Below, piece after piece: positions 40,600-50,364 of a DNA stretch of 64,000 nucleotides. Each line of letters begins with the position of its first letter. Positions within the stretch are counted from its first letter, which is position 1. Location: positions 5,121 through 69,120 of the forward strand of contig JBDTZO010000124.1 of the NCBI GenBank assembly GCA_040005135.1. The letters are read 5' to 3'. Below the pieces are notes generated by a model. It was not told the origin of the DNA and did not search any database. It was given only the letters and a program-made list of their open reading frames with translations. The position numbers were made by a program, and so were the translations under genes. This DNA is from Acidobacteriota bacterium (GTDB lineage: Bacteria > Acidobacteriota > Blastocatellia > Pyrinomonadales > Pyrinomonadaceae).

Positions 40600-42117
40600 C
40601 TAGGCAGTTACGATCGGTCCGAGGCCCGTGACTTCTTCCAGCTCGGCCTCCTCCTTACGCCATTCTTCATTGCGGAAAGCGCCTTCCCACTTTGCAACGA
40701 CTACTGTGGCCAGGCAGTTTCCGATCACGTTGATGGCCGTGCGGGCCATATCCATAAGCTCGTCGACGCCGAGGATAAGGATGACGCCCTCGACCGGCAG
40801 CGCGAAAGATGCGAGCGTCCCGAGCAGTATCACGAGCGATGCACGCGGTACGCCCGCAACTCCCTTTGATGTCAGCATCAAAGTCAGCAGCATGACGATC
40901 TGCTGAGTCCATGAAAGCTCAACGCCGGCCGCCTGCGCCACAAAAATGGACGCAAGTGCCAAATACAATGTCGTGCCGTCAAGGTTAAAGCTATATCCGG
41001 TCGGGAGCACGAAACCCACGATCCGACGCGGAACACCCAAGCGTGCAAGATTTTCCATTGCCTTAGGCAGAGCAGATTCGCTCGATGTTGTCGCGAAGGC
41101 GATCGAGGCAGGCGTTTTGACCGCATTGAAAAAATCGCGCAGGGGCACCTTGAATATGAGAGCAATGGGCAGCAGCACGATCACTGCGAACGCAACCAGC
41201 GCGCCGTACAACGTCAGGACGAGCTTGCCCAAATAGAGCAGGACCCCGAGCCCTTGCTCGTTGTGGCCGATCGTGTACGCCATAGCGGCGCCCACGCCGA
41301 TCGGCGCAAACTTCATCACATATTCGGTAAAACGAAACATGATGTCCGACAGCGATTGGCACCATGCGATCACGGGGGCGGCCTTCGGTCCGATAGCAGT
41401 AGCGGCAAGCGCGAAAAGGACGGAAAATATAACGATCTGCAGTACGTCACCGTCCGCCATCGCCTTTATGATCGACGTTGGGGAGAGGTGGGCGATTATT
41501 TCGCCAAATGACTGGGGTTTGGCGGGCGGCTCGGGTGCAGTCAAGCCCTTAGCGGCCGCGTCGGCGGCAGCGGCTGCCTTTTCTGAGGCAAGCGCGGATT
41601 GCACATCTGCCTCAGCCGCTGCGCTTGGATCGGTCATTGATCTCGAACGAAGCTCCGCTGCCATTTTCGATGCGGTGTCGGCCTCCTTTGAAAAAGCCTG
41701 GGCACGCTGTGCTAAAACGGCCTTATCTTCACCGGTGTGGATTCCCGCGAGCGAGACTCCGTCTCCGGGACGCGTGATATTGACCGCGGCAAGGCCGATG
41801 AATAACGCAAGTGTGGTAACGATCTCGAAATAGATCAGTGACTTGGCACCGATCCTTCCTACTTGTTTGATATCGCCTGTCCCGGCGATGCCCACGACCA
41901 GCGTCGCAAATATCAGCGGAGCGATGATCGATTTGATCAAATTCAGAAACAACGTCGACAGCGAACGCACAAATGCCAGGATCGTCGTGGTCTCGATCCC
42001 GAGAATGTGATGATCGGCTGAGCTGAGATCCAACTCACGTATCAGCCATCCGGCAAAAATTCCGACCGCCAGGCCGATCATTATTTTCCACGTAAGCGAT
42101 ACTTTAGGCAGTTTCAT
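40600..42117 (-). CDS. Dicarboxylate/amino acid:cation symporter (DAACS, GltP-like) with a long Ala-rich loop insertion
   Basis: IAPLIFATLVVGIAG, TSSESALP, GVPRASL and DMARTAINVIGN blocks. Confidence 0.9.
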   Translation of the reverse strand: MKLPKVSLTWKIMIGLAVGIFAGWLIRELDLSSADHHILGIETTTILAFVRSLSTLFLNLIKSIIAPLIFATLVVGIAGTGDIKQVGRIGAKSLIYFEIVTTLALFIGLAAVNITRPGDGVSLAGIHTGEDKAVLAQRAQAFSKEADTASKMAAELRSRSMTDPSAAAEADVQSALASEKAAAAADAAAKGLTAPEPPAKPQSFGEIIAHLSPTSIIKAMADGDVLQIVIFSVLFALAATAIGPKAAPVIAWCQSLSDIMFRFTEYVMKFAPIGVGAAMAYTIGHNEQGLGVLLYLGKLVLTLYGALVAFAVIVLLPIALIFKVPLRDFFNAVKTPASIAFATTSSESALPKAMENLARLGVPRRIVGFVLPTGYSFNLDGTTLYLALASIFVAQAAGVELSWTQQIVMLLTLMLTSKGVAGVPRASLVILLGTLASFALPVEGVILILGVDELMDMARTAINVIGNCLATVVVAKWEGAFRNEEWRKEEAELEEVTGLGPIVTA

Positions 42118-42306
42118 AATTGTTCAATTGTGCAATTCATTTCCGCGCGGTGAGAGCTACCGAACGGTGGATCTAGGTTTTTGAGAGTTTAGCAGAAATG
42201 TGGTCGATCTCGCACGGTATTTGGTCACGACTTGCAGCAGGACGCAGCAAGTCGCGGCACTTATCGGAGATCTTAGATCGATGGTTGGTGTACGATTACT
42301 ACCGCG

Positions 42307-43944
42307 TCACTTCTTCTTCAGACGTTTTAGTGCCTCGATAGACGAGGCGTAATTCGGGTCGATGGCGACTGCCTTTTCATACGAACGAATGGCCTCGTCC
42401 GTCTTGCCGGCGATTACAAGAGCATCGCCGAGGCTGTCGTAAACGTTGGCCGATCCAGGGTTAGTCTCCGCGTTCAGCTGAAAGATCTCGACCGCGTCAG
42501 CGACACGCTTTTTAGCAAGCAGATCGTAACCGAGCCGATTCAGCATCGCTTCGAACTCGACGTATCTGTTCCGCTGATCGGCCTTGGCCGCTCGAGTCTG
42601 CTGAACAAAATTGCCTAGCGTCGCACTTTTTGAGGCGCTTCGTACGAGTTCCGCAACGGACTGGCCGGGCTTGTGGTCAATCACGGCCTGCAACGCGGGG
42701 TCTCGTCCCGAGCGGTAATCGTCGAATGAAAGTTCGGCGGCGATGTCCGGAGCTTTCCATTTTCGTTCGTCACGCGGGTCGAGGTCCTGCCACCACAGCG
42801 TCGACGCACGTACGACCAAGCCGCTGTTCGGCAGCGTGAACGGGCGGTTGTCGCCGTACATGTTGACGTGGTCGGCCGTCGGTTCGCCTACGAAAATGGC
42901 GTCCGTAAATTTTTCGAGCAGGTTGGTGAAATTCTGTGCCGCCGAAAATGTCTGTCTGCCGGTTATCACGAACAGATGACCCGGTTTATCCACCTTCGAC
43001 CTGATCAACTGGATAATGATCGACGTGTTCAGCCCATTGTTGCCGCCGCCGTTGTTCCTTAGGTCGATGACCAGCTTATCGACAGGGTTATTTTCTATAA
43101 GTTCGAAAACCCGCTTGTAAAAATTCGCGAGTGTTTCATCCGGCTTATTTTGCACGGCGTTCTGTTTCACATAGACGATCTGCTTGACTTTGAGATATTC
43201 GAACCAATAAGGGTCGCCCATGTGCATCAGATACAGCTGTGCGTTCTGCATCTTGGCCGCGTCCACCCAGTCGGGCGGCGTATCGAATATATCGTGAAAA
43301 GTGCCTTGCGGCTTAAGTTCCGCGGAATGCTCCTTACCGTCCTTGTTGACGACGACCGTTAGCTTTTGCTTGTCGCTTATCAGCTTCAGCCCCGCAAGGA
43401 TCTCGGGTATTGCCAGCAGTTTGGGCCCGCCGTCCATAATTCCCATTTTGTTATCGGCACTTACGACAGCCGACACCGCCGCCAGAGCGTCGTCCGCACT
43501 CGCGTTCCCGATCCTGACCACTTTTCCGCCTACGATGTCCGAGTAGGCCGGTGCCGCCTTCTGCACATAGAGCCCGTCGCTGAACCGATAAAAAGATACT
43601 GGAAAAGCACCGCTGCGAAAATACGGCGCCGCCTCCATATAGGTGTGCCCGTCATGGACCATCGCGATGATCTTCATCATGCCGACAACGATCTCATCCG
43701 CGCTCATGTTCGGCACGCCGCTATAGAGAGAATCAACGGCCGCGTCAAACTCCTCACGCCCAACTCGGTGAAACGCGTTCTTATGGACCATCGGAAGCTG
43801 TTCTCCCAGAAAACGCACATCCGCCTGCCATTGTGCCGCGGTGAAGTTCGGCGTTTTTTGGGCACCGGCATTCGAAAATAAACAAGCGGCCGCCAAAGCA
43901 GCCAAGATGAGCGTCCACACTGCATTTCCAGGCATTCTTCTCAT
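42307..43944 (-). CDS. S41-family peptidase-like protein with C-terminal TPR repeats
   Basis: Signal peptide, LVIDLRNNGGGN, ITGRQTFSAAQNF, and C-terminal TPR (ANVYDSLGDALVIAGKTDEAIRSYEKAVAIDPN). Confidence 0.8.
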   Translation of the reverse strand: MRRMPGNAVWTLILAALAAACLFSNAGAQKTPNFTAAQWQADVRFLGEQLPMVHKNAFHRVGREEFDAAVDSLYSGVPNMSADEIVVGMMKIIAMVHDGHTYMEAAPYFRSGAFPVSFYRFSDGLYVQKAAPAYSDIVGGKVVRIGNASADDALAAVSAVVSADNKMGIMDGGPKLLAIPEILAGLKLISDKQKLTVVVNKDGKEHSAELKPQGTFHDIFDTPPDWVDAAKMQNAQLYLMHMGDPYWFEYLKVKQIVYVKQNAVQNKPDETLANFYKRVFELIENNPVDKLVIDLRNNGGGNNGLNTSIIIQLIRSKVDKPGHLFVITGRQTFSAAQNFTNLLEKFTDAIFVGEPTADHVNMYGDNRPFTLPNSGLVVRASTLWWQDLDPRDERKWKAPDIAAELSFDDYRSGRDPALQAVIDHKPGQSVAELVRSASKSATLGNFVQQTRAAKADQRNRYVEFEAMLNRLGYDLLAKKRVADAVEIFQLNAETNPGSANVYDSLGDALVIAGKTDEAIRSYEKAVAIDPNYASSIEALKRLKKK

Positions 43945-44115
43945 GGTTTTATATAGTCAGGTCGTACTAAGAACACCGCTGAGCGATGTAATATGACGAT
44001 TATTTGCCCGATTCTCAGCCGAATGATTTCCAAACGCGATCGTGGAAGCCATCCTGAGATCGGTTATTCACAGGACCTGCCAAAATGCTCAGATCCTCGC
44101 ATTTCTGATACGATT

Positions 44116-45549
44116 ATGGGCATCATGTTTGAATCCATTCATTTTGCGTCGCACGGACGTCAAACGACTGCGGCGTCCAAACCAGAAGTGATAGAAAAGT
44201 TGCGGGCGATCTTGGGCGAGGAGAATGTCTTAGTAGACCCGACCCGCGTTGAACCGTATGGGGCGGACGCCGTGAAGGAAAAATTTCCGCCCGAGGCGGT
44301 CGTTTTTCCGGAATCCACCGAGCAGGTGGTCGCGATCCTTAAACTCGCGAACGAATTTCGATTCCCGGTGACCGCTCGCGGCGGCGGCGTCGGATACACG
44401 GGCGGAGCTGTACCGGTCGACGGCGGCATTGTCGTCGGCACCGACCGGATGAACCGGATCATCGAGCTAAACGTAGACGACCTCTACGCGGTATGTCAGC
44501 CTGGCATCACGACGTATGACGTGCAGCAGGCGGCCGAAGTCGAGGGATTGATGTTCGCGCCCGATCCGGCGAGCTACAAAGATTCATTCATTGGCGGAAA
44601 TATCGCGGAAAACGCGGGCGGCATGCGTACGCCCAAATATGGTGTGACCAAGCATCACGTCCTCGGGCTCGAGGTCGTTACGGCGACGGGTGAAGTCATA
44701 CGTACGGGCGGCAAGACGGTCAAAAACGTCGTTGGATTCGATTTGACGGGCCTGATGTGCGGTTCCGAAGGAATGCTCGGCATTATTACCGAAGCGACGC
44801 TCAAACTGCTGCCGATGCCCGAGGCGACATCGACCGTGCGTGCCAATTTTCGCTCAATGGAAGCCGCGTGCAGAGTGCTGACCAAATTCACTCCCGAGGG
44901 TTTGCTCCCGATGGCAATGGAGGTGATCGACAAATATTGCGTCGCCGCTGTCGAGGAAAATTTCGCGTTCGGACTTTCGTCAGAAGCCGAAGCGATCCTG
45001 CTTGTAGCGGTCGACGGCTCACGCGAAGAGGTCGACCGAAACGCCCGCGTCGTCGAACGCATCATCAGCGAAAATGGCGGCTTTGACGTGATCCGCGCTC
45101 ACTCTAAAGCCGAGGAAGACCAGCTCTGGGACGTTCGCCGGGCGATCTCGCCCTCGTTGATGAAATATGGCACTCTGAAGATCAACGAGGACGTCGTTGT
45201 CCCGCGTTCGCGGGTGCCCGAGCTCGTCGCCAGGATCGAGAAGATCGGCAAAAAGCACAACACGTTCGTTGCTAATTTCGGCCATGCCGGCGACGGCAAT
45301 ATTCACGTCAATTTCGTGGTCGACCGTGACGATCCTGACGAGATCGCACGGGCCCGTGAGTGCGTCGCCGAAACTTTTGCATTATCCGTCGAACTCGGCG
45401 GTACCATCTCGGGCGAACACGGGATCGGCTACGTAAAGTCGGCGTATCTAAGCTACGCTATAGATGCTCCGACGCTGGCGATCATGAAAAGCATCAAAAA
45501 AGTCTTCGACCCGAACGGTATTCTAAATCCGGGAAAGATGTTTATTTGA
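44116..45549 (+). CDS. FAD-linked oxidase (GlcD / D-lactate dehydrogenase-like)
   Basis: FPVTARGGGVGYTGGAVP, GGNIAENAGG, GHAGDGNIH, GEHGIG. The start is chosen at the internal ATG. Confidence 0.88.
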   Translation: MGIMFESIHFASHGRQTTAASKPEVIEKLRAILGEENVLVDPTRVEPYGADAVKEKFPPEAVVFPESTEQVVAILKLANEFRFPVTARGGGVGYTGGAVPVDGGIVVGTDRMNRIIELNVDDLYAVCQPGITTYDVQQAAEVEGLMFAPDPASYKDSFIGGNIAENAGGMRTPKYGVTKHHVLGLEVVTATGEVIRTGGKTVKNVVGFDLTGLMCGSEGMLGIITEATLKLLPMPEATSTVRANFRSMEAACRVLTKFTPEGLLPMAMEVIDKYCVAAVEENFAFGLSSEAEAILLVAVDGSREEVDRNARVVERIISENGGFDVIRAHSKAEEDQLWDVRRAISPSLMKYGTLKINEDVVVPRSRVPELVARIEKIGKKHNTFVANFGHAGDGNIHVNFVVDRDDPDEIARARECVAETFALSVELGGTISGEHGIGYVKSAYLSYAIDAPTLAIMKSIKKVFDPNGILNPGKMFI

Positions 45550-45578
45550 TACGATTTGATGAATAAGGACACCGCTAA

Positions 45579-46097
45579 ATGAAGCTTTGCAGACTGACTT
45601 TAAGCATCACGATATTGTCTCTGGTTGTTTGCGGCTCGATTGCCGCCCAGAAAAAGCTCATCATTCTCGTCCGGCATGCCGAAAAGAGTGCGACCGGCAA
45701 CGCTGTCGATATGGCTAAGGGCGACCCTGATCTGTCACCTGAGGGACGCGAACGTGCCGAGCGGTTCGCGAGGGCCGTGAAAAAATACAAACCGGGCGTG
45801 ATCTATGCGACGGATTATAAACGAACCAGACAAACGGCGGAGCCCATCGCAAAACTTCGCGGCAAAGAGATCCTAACCTTTGATCCTGCAAAACAGGCTG
45901 ACCTGATACCGCTCATTCTGAACGGCAAGACAAAACGCTTTCTGATAGTCGGCCATAGCAACACATCGCCGGCGTTGGCCAATCTGCTGTTCAAGAAAGA
46001 CGTTTTCAAACCGCTGCAGGACACTGAATTCGGAGTATTTTGGGTGATAAGGACCAATAAAGGCGTGGCGACCAAGATAGAGGTTTACACATACTGA
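45579..46097 (+). CDS. Histidine phosphatase family protein (SixA-like), secreted
   Basis: Signal peptide, then LIILVRHAEK and VGHSN. Confidence 0.8.
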   Translation: MKLCRLTLSITILSLVVCGSIAAQKKLIILVRHAEKSATGNAVDMAKGDPDLSPEGRERAERFARAVKKYKPGVIYATDYKRTRQTAEPIAKLRGKEILTFDPAKQADLIPLILNGKTKRFLIVGHSNTSPALANLLFKKDVFKPLQDTEFGVFWVIRTNKGVATKIEVYTY

Positions 46098-46107
46098 CCG
46101 AGGACAT

Positions 46108-46482
46108 ATGAACATTCCAAAAGAACACCAGGCCGTAATGCCATATTTGATGATGGAGAACGCTCCAGCATTTATCAAATTTATTACTTCGGTCTTCGGG
46201 GCCGAGATGACGCATCAGGATATTCGCGGCGAAATCGTCGGACATTGCGAAGCTAACATTAACGGCAGCACGATAATGTTTTCACAGAGCCGCGACGAGT
46301 GGAAACCAGCGACGGCTAATATGTTCGTCTACGTCGACGACGCTGATGCGACCTACAAAAAAGCCGTGGATGCGGGTGCCCAGACCGTCATGCCTCCCAG
46401 CGACCAGGAATACGGCCGGAGCTGCGGCGTAACTGATCCATTCGGCAATGTCTGGTGGATCACGTCAGTATCGAATTCATAG
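46108..46482 (+). CDS. VOC/glyoxalase-family protein (PhnB-like)
   Basis: 124 aa, with YGRSCGVTDPFGNVWWI at the C-terminus. Confidence 0.8.
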   Translation: MNIPKEHQAVMPYLMMENAPAFIKFITSVFGAEMTHQDIRGEIVGHCEANINGSTIMFSQSRDEWKPATANMFVYVDDADATYKKAVDAGAQTVMPPSDQEYGRSCGVTDPFGNVWWITSVSNS

Positions 46483-46556
46483 TCGCTCATTGACAAAAAA
46501 GACCGCCTTCGGTGAGTGAGTATCACCTTCGACGATCTTTCAACTTAAATCGAAGC

Positions 46557-47666
46557 TTATTTTTTTGTATCCGACTTGGCGAAATATCCTTGACGGTGCG
46601 TGACCTTGACCTTGTCTTTGACGAATTGCTGGTTGGTCAGCTCTATCTCGATCTTTCGGTACGAGCCGTCGCGTTTTTGGTCGGAGGGCTCGTAAGCGAT
46701 CAGATACTGGGAGCGCATCTCTTCCTGGATCTGTTGAAACGCATCACGCAGTTCACGCTCGTCACGAGGAAAATACGCCCGGCCGCCAGTCCGTTCTGAG
46801 ATCTTATTCAGAGCACCCTTGTCCACGCCGGCGTAAAAATTGTCTCCGATGCCGATCGAATATATGATCGCCTCGGACTTGAGAGCCGCCTGCACGGCGT
46901 CGTCTAGCTTCTTCATGCCGGACGTATTTACGCCGTCTGTCAACAATATGATGGCCCGCCGCGTCTTTTCGGGAGCCGGGCCGAGAACCTCGTCAGAGGT
47001 GACCCAGATAGCGTCCCAGATAGCGGTCGAGCCTTGGATCGACTGGTTATCTCCGGAAATTGGCGGAGTTCCGGCGATAACGCCGCCGCCGATATAACCC
47101 GAGGGCGGTATGAACTTGACCCGGTCGACCGAACGCCGAAGCGCGGCCAGATTGTTGGTCATTCCCTGTTCCAGCGTCGTTTCGCCGGTGAATGAAACCA
47201 CGGAAACTTCGTCTTTTGCCGGACGGACCACCGACTCAATGAACGAAATTGCCGCACTCTTTTCTTCGGGCAGCGTCCGCTCCTGTGAGACGCTCGTATC
47301 GAGCAGGATCGCCAGGCTTAGAGGCAGATCGACCTGCCGGGCAAAGGCGACGACCGACTGTTCTTTTCCGTTTTCCATGAGGCGAACGTCGCCCTGTTTC
47401 AGGTCGGTCAAGAGCCGTCTGTTGCGGTCCTGAGCGGTAAAGAGAACGTTTACGACCTCGGTGTCGACCTTGATAATTTCGTCGTCCGGATTCGAAGTCG
47501 CAGCCGGCGTAGGAGTCGGAGTTGCGGACAGCGTCGCCGAATACGGGACCTTGGCCCCCGCGACGTTCTGATCACGCTGGGCATGAACAAAGCGTGAGCC
47601 GATGAGAGCCGCTCCGAAAATAGCGACGGCCGCGGCCGTCAATACTGACTTATGATTTAACTGCAT
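46557..47666 (-). CDS. Secreted VWA-domain protein (acidobacterial VWFA-related type)
   Basis: Signal peptide, LLDTSVS (MIDAS DxSxS), LLTDGVNT, and the C-terminal tail YRKIEIEL..THRQGYFA. Confidence 0.85.
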   Translation of the reverse strand: MQLNHKSVLTAAAVAIFGAALIGSRFVHAQRDQNVAGAKVPYSATLSATPTPTPAATSNPDDEIIKVDTEVVNVLFTAQDRNRRLLTDLKQGDVRLMENGKEQSVVAFARQVDLPLSLAILLDTSVSQERTLPEEKSAAISFIESVVRPAKDEVSVVSFTGETTLEQGMTNNLAALRRSVDRVKFIPPSGYIGGGVIAGTPPISGDNQSIQGSTAIWDAIWVTSDEVLGPAPEKTRRAIILLTDGVNTSGMKKLDDAVQAALKSEAIIYSIGIGDNFYAGVDKGALNKISERTGGRAYFPRDERELRDAFQQIQEEMRSQYLIAYEPSDQKRDGSYRKIEIELTNQQFVKDKVKVTHRQGYFAKSDTKK

Positions 47667-47686
47667 TGTAAAAATTCCTCGGCCGA

Positions 47687-48676
47687 CTATTTCAGCGTGT
47701 CACGCACCGCACGATAGCTCGACTTTGAGCGGATCTTGAGGTCCTTGCCCCTATTCTTATCGGCAAAGCGTACTTCGATCTTTCGGGTTCGCCCGTCGTA
47801 TTCCTGGTTGGCGGGACGGTATGTGATGATGTACTGCGATCGGAGCTCATCGGCGATCTTCTGAAAGTCTCTTTCGAGAGCCAGCATGTCGCCGGTAAAA
47901 AAAGCCTCGCCGCCGGTTTGTTCGCATAGCTTGGTCAAGTCGGAATCGCCGCGGTCCTTTACAGTGCCAGCCTCGACGCCCGGCACAGAGCCCAGAAAGC
48001 CTCCTTTTGTGGAGATGGCAAAAATGGTCGTTTCCGTGCGTTGAGCGATGTCGATCGCATCGGCAAGATTGGCTCGGCTAAATGTGTCGTCGCCGTCCGT
48101 GATAAGCACGATAACGCGGCGTCCAGGCACGCTTCTTAACTTTTGATCGGTAAATTCCCAAACCGCATCATAAAGAGACGTTTGCGAACCCGGCTTTTTT
48201 ATCTTATCGATGGCCGACTGCAGGAGGTCGAGCTTGTCCGTAAAATCCTGTCGAAGCAAGACCTCGTGATCAAACGTCATGAAGGCCGCCTTATCTTTTC
48301 GAAGCCTGATCACAGAATGAAGAAAATTCATCGCCGCCTCTTTAGAATAACCAAATTTACCTGCCGTCGAGGGCGAGGTGTCCATCAGTACGCCGACGTA
48401 CACTGGCGGATTTGTTTTTTCATCGGAGAAAAATGTCACTTCTTGTTGAACGCCGTCTTCAAAGATAAGAAAATCGTTTTTGTTAAAGCCCGTGACGAGC
48501 TTATTCTTTTGCGTTACTGTCACGGGCAGGCGGACCTCAAATATCTTGGTCGTCCCCGGATCGTCCGAAACTGCGGGCGTAGGCGTTGGCAATGGCTTCT
48601 GTCCAAACGCCGGAGCGGCGCAAAACGCAGCCAGCAAAATGCTGAAAAAGTAAAAGGAACGATAAGTGGATCTCAT
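47687..48676 (-). CDS. Secreted VWA-domain protein, paralog of the downstream gene
   Basis: Signal peptide, LMDTSPS, LITDGDDT, and the C-terminal RKIEVRF..SKSSYRA. Confidence 0.85.
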   Translation of the reverse strand: MRSTYRSFYFFSILLAAFCAAPAFGQKPLPTPTPAVSDDPGTTKIFEVRLPVTVTQKNKLVTGFNKNDFLIFEDGVQQEVTFFSDEKTNPPVYVGVLMDTSPSTAGKFGYSKEAAMNFLHSVIRLRKDKAAFMTFDHEVLLRQDFTDKLDLLQSAIDKIKKPGSQTSLYDAVWEFTDQKLRSVPGRRVIVLITDGDDTFSRANLADAIDIAQRTETTIFAISTKGGFLGSVPGVEAGTVKDRGDSDLTKLCEQTGGEAFFTGDMLALERDFQKIADELRSQYIITYRPANQEYDGRTRKIEVRFADKNRGKDLKIRSKSSYRAVRDTLK

Positions 48677-48869
48677 ATTCTGCAGTGTAGGCGGATCTTC
48701 GGTGAACTACCGATATTATTGATGCTAAACGGCGCTTTTTTGTTGCCATGTCACAAGCCAAGAGTATAGCAAACCTATACTTTTACGGCATCAGAATGCG
48801 TGTTTTCGACCCACTGTAATTGCCCGTCGGGGCGTTCTGCGTAACAATTAGTCCTCGCAACAGCTATTT

Positions 48870-50225
48870 ATGGATCAGAATATTTTCAGGGAATACGATA
48901 TCCGCGGTGTCGTCGGCGAACAGCTTACATCGGAGACGGTCGCTGTGCTCGGAAAGGCACTTGGGACGTTTTTCGCGGATCATGGAGCTAAAAGAATAGC
49001 GATCGGTTTCGACGCCCGTTCCAGCTCGCCCGAGTTTTGCGGACTGCTGACCGAGGGCATTAACGGTGCCGGATGCGATGTCGTTCTGATCGGAATGGTG
49101 CCGACACCAGTGCTCTATTACACGGTTTTTACTAAGGACGTCGATGGCGGCGTAATGATCACGGGATCGCACAATCCGCCCGATCACAACGGTTTTAAGA
49201 TCTGCCTGGGCAGATCGACGATCTTCGGCGAGCAGATCCAGGAGATCAAAGCGATCGCGTTCGGGCAAGATCTTGCGACTGGTAAGGGCAGCGTCGAGTC
49301 AATAGAGATCCTCGATGAATATTGCCGCGAGATCGTGTCACGCGTTACGCTCGGGCCGCGAAAATTAAAGGCTGTCGTCGACGGCGGCAACGGAATGGGC
49401 GGAGTTACGGGCGTTCCAGTCTATCGGGACCTTGGCATCGATCTGGTCGAACTGTTTACTGAGCCCGATTCGACTTTTCCTAATCATCACCCGGACCCGA
49501 CCGTGACCGAGAATCTGCAGGACACGATACGGGCCGTCCGCGAGAGCGGTGCCGACCTCGGTATTGCGTGGGACGGCGACGGCGATCGGATCGGGATCGT
49601 GGACGAAAATGGGCGCATCATTTGGGGCGATGAACTGATGATCCTACTTTCGCGTTCGATCCTCGAGACGCGTCCTGGAGCAACGATCATCGGCGAGGTC
49701 AAGTGCTCGCAAAATCTCTTCGACGACATTGCGGAGCACGGCGGAGTTCCTATTATGTGGAAAGCGGGACATTCGATCATCAAGGCAAAGATGAAAGAGA
49801 CCGGCGCGGCTCTGGCCGGCGAGATGAGCGGCCATATATTCTTTGCCGATCGGTTTTTCGGTTTCGACGACGCGACCTACGCCGGAGCCCGCGTACTCGA
49901 AATACTGTCGAAAACTTATAAACCGCTGTCCGCTCTGCTCGCCGACGTGCCGAAAACATCTTCGACGCCGGAGCTGCGGGTTGATTGTTTGGACGAAACT
50001 AAATTTGACGTAGTCGCCAAGATCGCCCAGTATTTCGCCGTCGATCACCAAGTGATCACCATCGACGGCGCCCGCATTTTGTTTGACGGCGGCTGGGGTT
50101 TGGTGCGAGCTTCGAATACGCAGGCGATTCTCGTACTGCGATTCGAGGCCCAGTCCGACGAGCGGCTCGCCGAAATTCGCAATATTGTGGAATCGAAGGT
50201 TGATGAATTTATTGCCTCGACCTAA
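48870..50225 (+). CDS. Phosphomannomutase/phosphoglucomutase
   Basis: FREYDIRG, the active-site loop ITGSHNPPDHNGFK, WDGDGDR, and GEMSGH. Confidence 0.93.
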   Translation: MDQNIFREYDIRGVVGEQLTSETVAVLGKALGTFFADHGAKRIAIGFDARSSSPEFCGLLTEGINGAGCDVVLIGMVPTPVLYYTVFTKDVDGGVMITGSHNPPDHNGFKICLGRSTIFGEQIQEIKAIAFGQDLATGKGSVESIEILDEYCREIVSRVTLGPRKLKAVVDGGNGMGGVTGVPVYRDLGIDLVELFTEPDSTFPNHHPDPTVTENLQDTIRAVRESGADLGIAWDGDGDRIGIVDENGRIIWGDELMILLSRSILETRPGATIIGEVKCSQNLFDDIAEHGGVPIMWKAGHSIIKAKMKETGAALAGEMSGHIFFADRFFGFDDATYAGARVLEILSKTYKPLSALLADVPKTSSTPELRVDCLDETKFDVVAKIAQYFAVDHQVITIDGARILFDGGWGLVRASNTQAILVLRFEAQSDERLAEIRNIVESKVDEFIAST

Positions 50226-50255
50226 ATACGTTCGAGTCGCGCTACTTTTTCCGTC

Positions 50256-50295
50256 CGGATCTCGCCTTAATGTATGGACGCGATCCGTTTCTTCG
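50256..50295 (+). terminator. Possible terminator after the PMM/PGM gene
   Basis: An imperfect stem, CGGATC(T)CG with CGCGATCCG, followed by TTTCTT. Weak. Confidence 0.3.
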
Positions 50296-50364
50296 TACTT
50301 GCTTGGAACAAAAGTGCGGATGCGACGTAAAAAGTTTCGATCAATGAGACCTGGAGATTACGAA

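Noticed and set aside
42228-42254. An 8 bp hairpin (CGACTTGC..GCAAGTCG) between the S41 peptidase and the DAACS transporter, considered as a terminator.
   Set aside because: It has an 11 nt loop and no T-run on either strand, so there is not enough evidence to call a terminator.
50083-50364. N-terminal extension of the esterase ORF, which overlaps the PMM/PGM gene by 143 nt.
   Set aside because: The extension is Arg/Ser-rich with no motif. A GGAG-preceded ATG at 50365 begins a canonical signal peptide.
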